Of a stretch of 64,000 nucleotides of DNA, positions 1 through 12,149 are shown piece by piece. The first letter of the stretch is position 1; every line of letters begins with the position of its first letter. A program made the translations under genes and the position numbers. Under the pieces are notes generated by a model. It worked only from the letters and a program-made list of their open reading frames with translations, searched no databases and was not told where the DNA came from. The stretch is from Phoronis australis. Taxonomy: Eukaryota > Animalia > Phoronida. Location: assembly GCA_002633005.1 (NCBI GenBank), contig NMRA01000196.1:289824-353823 (forward strand), read 5' to 3'.

Positions 1-1381
1 CTAGTCTTTTTTCCATAACTCTCGTTGTGGTCAATTTTGAAAGGAACTATGGAGAATTCAAGTATTCTAAAAGGCACCTTTCGAAAGGAATTTACCTGAG
101 AAAAATCATCCATATGAGCAGGACGTCCCGTATGCACGTTAAATGAAGTGGGAATATATATAAGCTTAACCCCATGGGAAATGTCTGACAGGGCTCATTT
201 TTGTTTGAATTCTTTACAATAACTCACACATTACAACAACGCTACTTGATAGCATTTCGTACATGTATCTGGTATCAACTATACATGTGCAGTCTGCTTC
301 CACCTCGTAGAAGACTGTAACTGTTCGTAAAAAAAGCCTCTGGTTTCTACGAGTACATATCGCTATGAACTGGTTTTACAAACATTAGAACTTCAGAAGC
401 ATATGAATTCCCGAGAGCACACACTGATTTTCCAACAGGGCACCTATACGCAGCCGATTGTGTTGAAGTTGAAATTTGGCACCCCACTTCAAGGAGCGGC
501 AAAGGCACTTGAAAGCTGATTTCGAATTTTGATACGGTTGTTTACTTTTGGGCGAGCAATGACGGATTTGTGTTCTTTAATTTCAGCGAGAAACAATTGC
601 GAAGCTTGGTAATGTTTGATGCGACCAAATAGAAAAACGAAACGAGACATTTTACACAAGCCATGTACCGATAAAACAACGAATTACTGACTGAACTGTC
701 GCTTTTGAACTGCGTCAGTGTACACAAACTGCGTTGTCATGTTTTCCAGGAAACACCAAGAAACTGTTTTTCCCAGATCATATGGTATAAAAAGTACACG
801 TGAATGAGATTTGATGTGCAAAATTGAGTTACAAGTAGTATAAAATATGTACATGTACGTATGTTTATTGAATGGCACACTGCACAACAAAAGGAATCGT
901 AATCCCCAATTACACATATTCAACAGGATATGCTTTTACTATAATTTGTTTTTCTGAAGATTTTGAGTGGTTCGAACGGATCTCTCATGATTTCCTAAAT
1001 CGTCGCAATCGTTTAGATATCCATGTTGCGGCCGGTTGCAACGATTTACCGTTTTCACAGTAAGACCTACACAAAACATCTACATGTACAGGCGATGTTT
1101 TAAGAATGCACAAAGGTTGAGATTAAAAACATACTTCAATCTGGAATTGGAAAACGATATCTTAAGCATTGGCAGATCTAAGAAGTTGCGAGGAGCCCTA
1201 GCCAAGCTCAATTTTCGTGTCATCTTGGGTCTGTGCTATTGTAGTACCTGTCCAAATTGTCGAAACGGCCCATACTGCGACAAAATAACTTGTGCCAAGG
1301 AAATATTCTAGCTACGGGCATGATGCATAAACAGCGACCATTTGAGAACTACAGCAATATGAGGTTTCAGTTAACACAATG

Positions 1382-1926
1382 CAGCGCTCGGCGCTAAGCT
1401 ACACACCATGTCGCATTTGGCGATCTGGCATCAATCTCAGGTCGCCAAACGAAATAGGTCGCCAAAACTGAAAATCTCAGGAGCCGAAATAACTTGTGAG
1501 ATCTCCGATCCGGCGTGAAAGTTCGAGTCGAACGGTCTTGACGCCACCCTTTCTCTTGCCCTCCTCCAGTAAAAGTAGCCGTACGTACATTCTCTAACTC
1601 AATTTCTCCCGCGTAGAACGATCATAGAACGAAGGCAAACGCAAGGACTGATGCGAATTTCACCGATCTTGCCCGATTTTTGTCTGTTTACTTCCTGTTA
1701 TAATTCAGGCGTGGTGCCAAAGGCGCTGACGAAATGAACTGAACAATTCTGAATCAAAGGTAATAAATCTAGGATGACTACTAGTAATTAAGATTTGGAA
1801 GTCAACGTGAACTTTGAAACGAATTTAGAGTGTATTGTCTGACTTTGATACTCGCACTGGCGACTTCGTGGCGACTGAATTTTTCCCAAGTCGCCAAACA
1901 CAATCTAAGGTCGCATTAGCGCGCTG
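1382..1926. mobile_element. Non-autonomous DNA transposon (MITE-like), CAGCGC...GCGCTG termini, 5-bp TSD
   Basis: Terminal inverted CAGCGC/GCGCTG; direct repeat CAATG at 1377-1381 and 1927-1931; subterminal GTCGCCAAA/TGGCGAC motifs at both ends; no ORF. Confidence 0.55.
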
Positions 1927-2054
1927 CAATGAATTGCTATACATGTATGTAACTCAGTTCCATCTGAAATCGATTGGGGAACAAACTCTTTGGCACGTTG
2001 GGCTCATCCCAAATATCTAGTCGAATGCATTTGGCATTATCCTAATCCCAAGTC

Positions 2055-2150
2055 CATATATATGCATGTTTGTATGTGTGTATGCATGTATGTATGTATG
2101 TATGTATTTATGTCTACGTGTACGTGTACGTCTATGCGTATGTATATATC
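2055..2150. repeat. (TATG)n/(TACG)n degenerate microsatellite
   Basis: Run of tgtatgtatgtatg... visible directly. Confidence 0.85.
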
Positions 2151-4292
2151 TAGTTTAATTTCAATTTTGGTGGTGCATCGCAACCTAAATAACAGCCGCT
2201 GTAGTGAGTGACAGTTGACTCATGATGGCTGCTCACTCAACTGCCGCTATAATTGACGAGGTTTCCGCGGAGAAAATTACGGCAAAAACAAATAGGGCTG
2301 AAAGTTACGACATGTTTATATTTTATTAATATCTTTAGGCTGACGAGACTCGTTCATCCTGTTTTCTTAATTGGCGAATGCATTTAGGAAGGGGTATCTC
2401 TAATTTAGCAAAAAGCAACAATATCCTTCTTGTATTGGGTTCTCAGGCTGAATACATCGGTCACTATATCGGGCTAATAACCAGCACACATATTTTGAAA
2501 TTTGCTCACAGAAAGGCTTACTGTACGTTCAGATACACTTAGCCGAACATCAGACGCTGAAGAGAGGAATAACCGACGTGTGTGTCAATTAACCATGTAC
2601 GAGTTCTACCTTTTCTGTTGTCCCGCTGTTTTTCCTATTACTCTCACGCCTGTTTACCGCATCTCTGCGCTGAAGACGTTATCAGTAAATTATCTCGAGT
2701 TCTTGTCTATTCTTAGGTTACATCTAATGAATTTTAAGTTTCAAGGTTTTACAACGATCCGAAGAGTTACATTGACGAACCTTTTGATTGTTTATAGAGG
2801 TTAATTGGGATGCAGCCTCGTTACTATAGCAACACTGGAACAATAGGAGTATCCGAAATGAATAGTGAAAGAATTAGTGAATTTTAAGTTGATGGGTCAG
2901 CAATTGTCCGATTAACACTTTGCGTGCGTTAGCACTTTCCCCAACTCAAGCTGACTGCTAAGTCAACTCTCAAGCCTTTGTCTCAGAGATTGGCTCAGGA
3001 TAGTTGGGTCAATCCCTCCCCCAAGAAAACGTGTTCAACTGTCTGCAACAAAATATTGAACAGTTATGGGTTCCGCTTCACGAGAAGTGGCTTCAGGTCT
3101 CTTTCTGTTTCCGGTTCCACTTTTCTGTGTAAGTTGTTCCACTTATGAATTACCGGCGCTAAAATATAGTTATTTACAGTTTTTCATTGTCGAGTAAAAC
3201 GGTTATTGTGCGGTTGCAAATACATTGCATGATAAATACAAATGTATCTCTTTATCGACAATGACACAATGACCAATATTCCCAGGAATAGAAAAGATAA
3301 AGCATATTATCCAGCATAAACCGACTCACTGCTGATAAAAACGAAATGTCTGTGGCATCTTACGGAGAAGACGATTCCAGTTTTGTTTTATATGTTTGTG
3401 AATAAAAAGTTTATTCCGTCTCGGCTGATATTGTTTCACGCGCATTTTAATGCCAAAAGCAAAGTGCATTCTCAGTGGCTGTAAACTGTGTCTTCAATTA
3501 GTGAACCTTTTATACAATTACCATGGTAAACACGGAGGCTCTCTGGATAGATGGAAACTAATGAAACATTTAACGGACACATTTATCCTTAAAGCTGCGA
3601 TAATGTAGCATTCAGTTCAAATGTCAAATTTCAACAGACGCGCGCTCAATGTAGTCTCAAGTTGGACTCAGTCAAACAACATTAAAAGACACAAACACCT
3701 GAGAAGTTGTCAACGTTACATTTAGTTTAGGCTTAAACAAAAAATAAGTAAACTGTTAGAATTTAACGTCTTGAATGCAAAAATGCTTCCCAAAAACCAA
3801 TGTGTCCAGTACAACAGACGATTATGTTTTCTTTGAAAACAGCCGTAATAATGACATTTGTACAGTTTTATTGGCTACAAGGAGTGTGAGTATTTACATG
3901 TACAATGGAACTTTACAGTTACTAGCCAGCACAAGAATTCTACGCTGGTATTATTGATATTTCTTGACAGTTCTGTCAACACCATTCTGTTTGTCCAGGA
4001 ATGCTCGTTTTCTCAACACTCGTTCGTAATCTACAATCTACACCTGTCATTAAGACTGTCAACGATGCAAAAGTAAACAGGACAAGTTTACCAGAAGGGT
4101 ATTTAAGCACTCGATATATCGCATTCATAATACTCGAAATTGGTTAGGTCAATATGGAGTTGACTGGTAATTTCTCTCGACTGGAAAGACTTTACCCTGT
4201 CCATTACCATAATTATACTGAGATGGGTAAGCGGCCTTAGGACTAGAAAATGAGCTAACGCATTACGGTAGCTTATCGCTTATTACACATAC

Positions 4293-4413
4293 ATCACTAC
4301 TTCAGCAGTGTGTACACATTCAGCCTTTTGTTTGAAAACTTGGTCGAATTTGCAAACGAAATTTGCCCGTGTGGACGATTCGTCAAACACGACAAAACGT
4401 TCGGTAGAGTTTG
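4293..4413 (-). CDS. Candidate exon 2 of an unidentified minus-strand gene (A-NSTERFVVFDESSTRANFVCKFDQVFKQKAECVHTAEVV)
   Basis: Open frame; phase-1 start matches the candidate exon at 6469-6649; strong GTATGT donor, but weak acceptor (ggctag). Confidence 0.35.
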
Positions 4414-4576
4414 CTAGCCATAGTTTCATGTAGATAGAATTAGATAGTGTAGTCAGGTTGCCCAACTTATCGAAATATTACAAAACTTCCGAGTTCGTTC
4501 GAGTTAGCCAGTGCATACGTAACTCAAAGTGTCGCTTTTAGTGTTCTGAGTACAGTTCCTATGTTTACATGTTTGT

Positions 4577-5117
4577 AGGCCCTTTCATATTGACTTAATC
4601 CGGTCTGAGCGGAGCGTCGACGTAAACAGCGCAGTTAACTGGACCGTTCATACTGGCTTCGGTAGTTAATGACCATCCAAGTAAAGGGTTGGTGACGCTG
4701 ACGTCAACGAAGTTATCGCAAGGTAGCGCTGCACGCTAAGATTTTTTTCAATGTGACAATTTGGAACATTTAAATGTGCTAAATGACATTAAACTCATAT
4801 TCAAATCGATTGGTTATCATTAAAGCAAAAAATAAGTAGTTATTAGTGACGGCACTACGCTGTAACTGTTGACGATAACAGTGGCACCTGGCGATAACTT
4901 TGATTGGACCGGAGTTAAGCGTTCATACTGCACCGCAACGTCGACGCTGCGGTCTTAAATCCACCTATTAACTGCGATGTTAACTGGAGCTCTTAACTGT
5001 GATCCAGGACCGGAGAAATGAGCTATACCAGGTATAGCTCATTGACCGGAGTTAAGCGTTCATACTGACCGCAACTCCCCAAACCATCGACGCGTCGACG
5101 TTAGTATGAAAGTCCCT
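4577..5117. mobile_element. PIF/Harbinger-like non-autonomous element
   Basis: Imperfect TIRs AGGCCCTTTCATATTGAC / GTTAGTATGAAAGTCCCT; internal repeats of GACCGGAGTTAAGCGTTCATACTG (about 4907 and 5044); perfect hairpin AATGAGCTATACC-A-GGTATAGCTCATT at about 5017-5043. Confidence 0.55.
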
Positions 5118-6468
5118 TAAGATTTCATAAATGAAGGAGAGTGTCCCGGAGGCCAATTAGTGCAACCCCTTCTAGAAAATTCCAGAGGGTACATATACAT
5201 GCACAGCGTACAGCTGTTTCTCTTTCATTGGTGAAATTGGCATTAGGCCGGTGCCAATGACAGTGTAAACGTAACCCTTGTAACTATTGACAAATCCCGT
5301 CGGCTACCCAAACTTCATTCGTCTTAAGCACAGGGTTGCAATATCCCTGTATTTTGCTTCTTGATTTAAAAACAATCAATATATACAGACAATGATCAAT
5401 TTTTGTCAATACCACTTGGCGTACATGTACATAATTTTTAAAGGACCTGCAGTCTCATCGGGTTGGATTGTTCCGCCGTACCGTTCCACAATAAAAGGGA
5501 ATACTATAATAACTGATTTTCATAGACGTATAAACAACTGCCAGAGACAAAAATCAGGTGTCCTCGACTGTACAGTTCTCCACAAGCAAATTACTCGCCC
5601 ACGATTGGGAAAGTACAGTAACGTTAAGTGCCATCATCCTTCATACTTGAAGGGGGAGGAATTGAATCAGGGATCGGAGTAATGCGCATGATTTTAGTGG
5701 CTGTGATGTTCTGAGGGGGTAAAAAATTATTAGAAAACAAGAGTTCAGTCACCAGAAACAAGTACTGAGGTGATGTGAATAATGATTAATGATATGTGCA
5801 TCATTGGATAAACTGGGATCCGAGGCAAATAGTTTCAAGCTGTGCAGATAACGGTGAAACACAATGGTGCGAGACAAATTTTGACAACATGATGTCCGAA
5901 TTACATAACGTGAATTTCCGAGTGAAGAATCACAGGGAAGTCAAATTATTTGATTTTTTCAAGCATTAAACTTAGCAAAACTTCTGACCAGTTGCGGCAA
6001 AGAGAAACCACAAGAGATTTGTTTTTAAACCTGTTCAAAATCACACTACAGGAAATGGCTTCCATCCCCAAATAAACATCCAAGACACAAGCAAGTAAAA
6101 ATGAGTGAAATGTTTTCAATTCTGACAAGGTTGGGCAAGAGTTCCAATTGGCTCGTTTCGCTCATAACAGTCGCGTCTGGTCTTTAAACTCAGTGGTGAT
6201 GGTTCAACAGCAAGGGAAAAATTGATATCGGAGTGAATAAGCCTACCAAGCGCTTTCGCGATTGAGGAAATGTCCCGTTATTTTGAAAATCTTGCGATTT
6301 TCTTCCGCGACGTATACGTTCAACAAAATATGCATTGTTTACGTTTTATGTCTCGGTTACAACCCGAGCGTCAACATTTCGGGCCCCTGCTTCGGCGACA
6401 GAGACAGTATTGAAGAGCGAAGTCAAATTGTCTTGTTACTTACACAGAGTACAAGGGAAAATCCTTAC

Positions 6469-6649
6469 CTTCTATTTTTGTTGGTTCAAACCAGAAGTCC
6501 AACAAGCATTTCTGACCGTCTCTCGTTAGTTTATGAATCTTCGCCCACTGCCAGTCTTGTATGTCCGGATACGTTCTAAATATATATTCATTATTTGGAT
6601 CTGCTTCATGAGGGACCTGATTTTGTGCTGACGATGCAGTGGACGTCAT
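6469..6649 (-). CDS. Candidate first coding exon of an unidentified minus-strand gene (MTSTASSAQNQVPHEADPNNEYIFRTYPDIQDWQWAKIHKLTRDGQKCLLDFWFEPTKIE)
   Basis: ATG in good Kozak context (CACCATGA), 60 open codons with protein-like composition, ends at strong donor AG|GTAAGG (phase 1). No family recognised. Confidence 0.45.
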
Positions 6650-9600
6650 GGTGATCACGCTGGACATACTCCAGTGGAGATGCGTCGTGCGATGATTATA
6701 ACTCTGCACAGTCGCGCGTCTTATCGAAAAACGTCATTTCAAAAATAACATACTTGAACCACGGAATTCGTCTCACGATAAACAATCCGTTGCGTATCCA
6801 ATACTTCAGTAAATTAGTTTGTCTTTAGTTATCTTTAAGAGCTCCTAATTGGCTAATTAAAACACAAGATATCCTATCGACTGTAGCGATAATTTTGAAC
6901 TTAAAGAATAATATACATGTACGCTTGTTTTACTAAGGGCGGTTATCGTCGGAACTCTGAAAACACTCCTCCTCCAATGAAAAAGCGCAAACAACTGCAG
7001 ATGTATTCCCTACGGAAATACGAAAGTCAGCTTGAGGTTCCCCGTCAGTGTTTTCATTAATTAAACACCCGTCACTGCTAAAACCATCTCAAATTCCAGC
7101 GCGCTCACACCAATTTGAGATTCTCCTATCACGCCAAGTGAAAAACACGGAGATGAAATGTTCGAACGACATATGAACCGACAAGTTTTCGAGGTGATCT
7201 CCCTGTTGTCGGTATGTTAACAAGCGCTCACGTACTCGAATAAATACTTCCGACTTTTCAACAAATCTTTGATTTTCTACGATTCTTTCGTTACATGGCA
7301 ACGGGATTAGGGATTGGCCTCGCCCGGACAGGTGGAATTCACTTTCCGCGCCGCCTGAGTTTTCGCCAGGCAAGATTGCATCAATCCGCCTAGAATGATT
7401 ATTTCACTACGAGATCCAATAGTTGATTGGCAGACATCTGAATTGACCTCAGTATGTTTTTTTTTTCTTTCTGTATCACCGAACAAGAATAAAGACGTCG
7501 CTGTGTCGAGAGAATTGTTGCTCAATGACCCATTCGTTTTGCGATTTGTCGCTTGCCTTAGTCAAGTCTGAAATAAAATCACAATTAGTTATTATCAGTG
7601 AGTTACCAACTTGTCAAACTACATAGGGTGTATACCTGTTACCCAGGCGATTGCTTCATTTTAAACAAAGAATTAACATTATTGTTTTATAAAATAGCAA
7701 AACAAATGTCGTATACAAATAGGAAAATATGCTGTCATTATTTTCATAAGAAAAAAGGAATGCAGAAAACATTACAAATTGTCTGCATTTATTTATCTTA
7801 CTTGCCATGTTTACTTTCTCATGAACAACACAAACTTATCACATTCTGTTTATTTTCTGTTGTCGCCGTAGCTGGCTACAGTACGATAGCGCCAATCGGA
7901 GAAAATTGGTTGGCAAATTATCAAATGTCTACAACGTGAAACCTGAGTGGTACCGAGTAACTTACTTTATTCTCAAGGAGATTTAACAGTGCCAGTTTCT
8001 TGTTTAAACGAATGATATTTGTGAGTTAATAACAACAGCATGCGCCTTGCCAGAGGGGATTTACAGAGAACTATTTAAGATGGAGCAATTTGGGACAAAA
8101 TTTGTAAGGATGCCGTCACTTTTGATACCGGCTAAATTTCACGCCAATACATGCTATTTGCAATTGTTCCGTGACAGCCGTGCGATGGTCACGCAAATGA
8201 TTTTACGGCGTTTTACCACAATTTCAAAAGGAAATAAATCATTTTAAAGGGTTTTTTTCGTGTACATTCTTTAAATTTGTTCATAAGCACACAAATCGCT
8301 GTGACACGAAAGCAACGCTCTACAACTCACGCGACAAACATTTCTTCTGAGAAAAACAATTAAAATCGCGCACTGTAGAGATCAAGTTTCGCTGGAGCCA
8401 TGAGCGATATTGGGGAGAAGCCACCAGGTGGCGAGAGGGGCGCCATCGCCTGTAGGATCCCAAGAACAACCAAAACAGCACTCGTGAATCCGCTCAAACA
8501 CTTCTAAAAAGGGAAGCATCATAAACGAAGACCAAGTCTCGGAACCATGGATAACGTCAAATGATATGACCGACAAATCCAAAAAAGCAAGATATCCTCT
8601 CATTGTACAAACTGTCGTAGTGTGCTTTGCGGCAAATTTCTTGTTTATGAGGTTGAACAATCTGGCGTGACCCTAAAGTCTGTGCAGATCACCGAAGCTT
8701 GTTATTGTATACAGTATCAAAATGCAATTGGGTACAGTGGCGGGTTGTAGGGGTAGGGACTTGGCGAAAATAGCGATGTTTTGGGGGATATATCAATACA
8801 TGTATAAAGACCTTGACATTGCATACTACTCGGGTGTTAAAAATGGACAGCGACAATGGCTATTGACAAATAGAATGCAAGTGATTGGTGAGTTGTCGCC
8901 AGTGCCAGTGCCATGGTAGGACAGCTTACAATCTTCGTCTTCGACATCCAGCTGTTTTCCAACATAATTGTTGTGAAAAGAACTTTGGCGCACCCACAAA
9001 ATTACGACAGATTGTGCACAAACTGTAGTATTTGAGGATTACTGTAGTATGTGCAACTCTGTAAACCTCAAGTTGCCCCAATGAAGAACCGCAACAATTT
9101 GTGCTTTAAAAGTCTGCAAACTGACAAAACTTGAGGGTTGCAACTGCCTGAGGAGCGACAGTTTGTGGTCTTACAAAGAGTGAAATTCGTTAGCCAAACA
9201 ATGACGAACAAAACTGAGTTGGAAAATAATAGCATAACCGATTCTTGAAGCAAGTACGTTACAACGTATCAAACTACATCAACAGAATACGAGTCGAACG
9301 AGCTTCGAGAAAGTTAAATAGTATTTGATCATACAATAACAGGATAATCATGTCCAATTGTATTGGTCTGACAGGCAATACAGCACGCTTTGCATGATTC
9401 TAATACTCAAACACTCTTAGACATGTTAATGTATTTTCTTTTAAAAGATAAATCCGTCGTGTTCCTACTCGTGGTGGTTGTTGAAACGTATAGAGTAAAT
9501 TGTTTAAGAGAATATACAAATTTATGAACGTAACTGTTTATGAATGAATAAATGTGCACAATACCCATGTGAAAATTTCAAACAAATTCGTTCTTTTTTA

Positions 9601-11875
9601 CATCTAGGCCCTAAATACCAAATGAAGACTACAAAACAAGCACGCCACGAGGATTGAATTGGTTTCTGCAGTTGGCCGATGTAAGTTTCCAAAGAACTCC
9701 GAAAATAACTTGCTAGATGAACTTTAAAGGTATAAAAAGCACCGTGTATTATGTTTGACTCCACTCGAACGTTATCAGCACAAAGCACATGTGAAGGTCA
9801 AGGCGAAGTTCTTGACCCTAGCTTGAGATTAGACACATGAGAGGTCTATTCCATACGCCGATAGGGAGAGCTTTGTGACCTTTTGAGGTAAGTGGTTAAT
9901 TTGCAAAAACATCGACGCTTCCACCAAAACACTCGCGGTCGGTTTCTACATGAATGGCTCTGGCGCTTTGTATGCTGTTGAGCAAACTGGCAGTGATATG
10001 CAAGCTAGCTGGGGAACATGTTCAAGCGAAGGACGAGACTGCTCCAAAGAAACCATCCAAGGAAACTAGAGAAACAGTGATAACAACGCATTCATCAAAA
10101 AGCACAAGAACTAAACCTGTGTTGTATCAATGCGCCTAAAAATACGCAGAATCATTTAGCTAAGCACTGTCGCTATTGGAACTTGTCTATAATTGTTGAA
10201 CACTTAAACAAAATACTTAAGTGTAAATGCACGTGTACATGTATGCATTTAGAAATTTTATCCGCAAGTAAAATATCCGCTTTCCCGTATGAAATTTGAG
10301 TTATTCAAATGAATGTTACACGGCCTCAAGTCACAAAAAGTTGTTTTCGAGAGACTTTAATTCCCTGCCATTACCCAGTTGCAGCGTCCCATTACTCGTA
10401 GAAAGCCAATGGGGAAGTAGTTTTGTCAAGTCAAAGAAAGTTGTTCAATAAGTCGATCGATTTAATTTTGGGAGCATCTTGTTGCAAAAGGAATTAATCA
10501 ATCGAAGTCTGTGAATCATTATTTAAAACGCTTTAACCTATCGATTTACACCACGGTATTTATTTATTTTTTGTTGTTATTTCCTTAATTACATATGTCT
10601 GCAAGCTCGGGGGTGAAGCCCGACCGCTTTTTTACGTAGGGCTCACGACGATATTTTCCGTCTAAATTTTTGGTTTCCCCCACCCCACCTCTTCCCCTCA
10701 CCCCTTATAACGGCATACTAGACCGCCGCCAGTGTCGCCGTTGAATTGCAGTCCTTTAAACATTATGTCGTTTGCAGGTACAGTCCGATAAAGCGTACGT
10801 GTGTGGGGGTAATTAGCAACGCCATAAATCCCTATTACCAACGTCATCTGCATACATTCTTCAGGGCACCCTACCATGGAAATACTTACCGCTAGAGTCT
10901 TCGCTCCTTATCTCATGACAAAAAGCAGGGGCGTAGCTTCTATCCTGTCTATATACCGACCAACGCGCGTAGAGCTACGCATGTGCATGCCATTAAGTGT
11001 AGCTATGGAAGTGTCAGGAATGACGTATGAATTTGCTGTGACTTCTTTCAAATGCTTGTAACCAAACGAGTGCCCCGTTTAATCAAGTCAGTTTCACTCC
11101 TCAGAACACATGTTACATACATGCAAACATTTACAAGTGTGTATTCTGTAATCGGATCAAGGGTTTGTTGCGTCGTTGACCGACTGTCTAGCTGTGCGTC
11201 TCTTTAAGCAAAACGCTCCGTCAAACGAACCAGCACAGTGCTGAACAAACTTGTGACTATGTATCTGTAGATAAAATAATAGTTTAAGAGAATTTGAGTG
11301 TTTACCGTATGCACGTCCACTTGTATGCTCAAGCGCAAGCGATTGATCGAATGTTCGTGTCCCACTTCACGGTACTACATGTTCATGTAGCTTAACCGTC
11401 AACTTCATCCTGGAGTTATGACTGAATGTCATGTTTGCTCTTCATTTATTCCACCAACCAGGAAATTTCATTCAACCAATCAATCTAAAGTGGCCCAATG
11501 GCCCAAAAGCTATTTTTTTACAAAGTCGGGCATGACTGACAACTTACGTGGAGACACATAGGCCTGCACTACTAAACAGTCGGCATCTTGTGTTGTATGG
11601 CTCGCGATGACTCTTTGATTCAGTTTTTGTTCATTTGTGCTCCGTTTCTTTTTGTTGAAAAGATTCCTCATCAGAGGTCACTAACCTATAGCGAAATAGT
11701 CTTCCTATCAAACGACTGGGTTACCGCGAGAATGTTCCTTGAGTTTCGAAGGAAAAATATTCGCGCAACATTTGAAAACGCCCTTGCTTCTCCTCTCGTA
11801 ATTCGTCTTTAGTCATGCACACACTATATGATTTACAAGCGAACTAGAGCAACTGAATGCCCATCGGTCAGCCGT

Positions 11876-12149
11876 ACGTCCACACTACACACTCTGTACG
11901 TACATGTACGTAACTAGGTCAAAGTCTATCTGGCACTACGAGTACTTCCGCTTTGATTGCGTTATTGCTTCCACACTGCGACATGCGCTGGGGGAGGTCG
12001 ACCGTAAAACACGGTAGCCGTGGACCAAGCTAACAAACTTGCGTCAAGTTGCCCGAGCCCATAGCGCCCGAACTAATTTAATACCAAACCTAACGACAAG
12101 TCGTTCCAGGAGTAAGTTGTTCTGGGGCAACTCGTAGTGTGGACGGCCC
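11876..12149. mobile_element. Degenerate Harbinger-like MITE
   Basis: GTCCACACTAC at the left and GTAGTGTGGACGGCCCT at the right form inverted ends. Confidence 0.35.

Noticed and set aside
1990-2211. MYVC-repeat ORFs (also 31443-31760 and 26159-26533)
   Set aside because: Translations of microsatellites.
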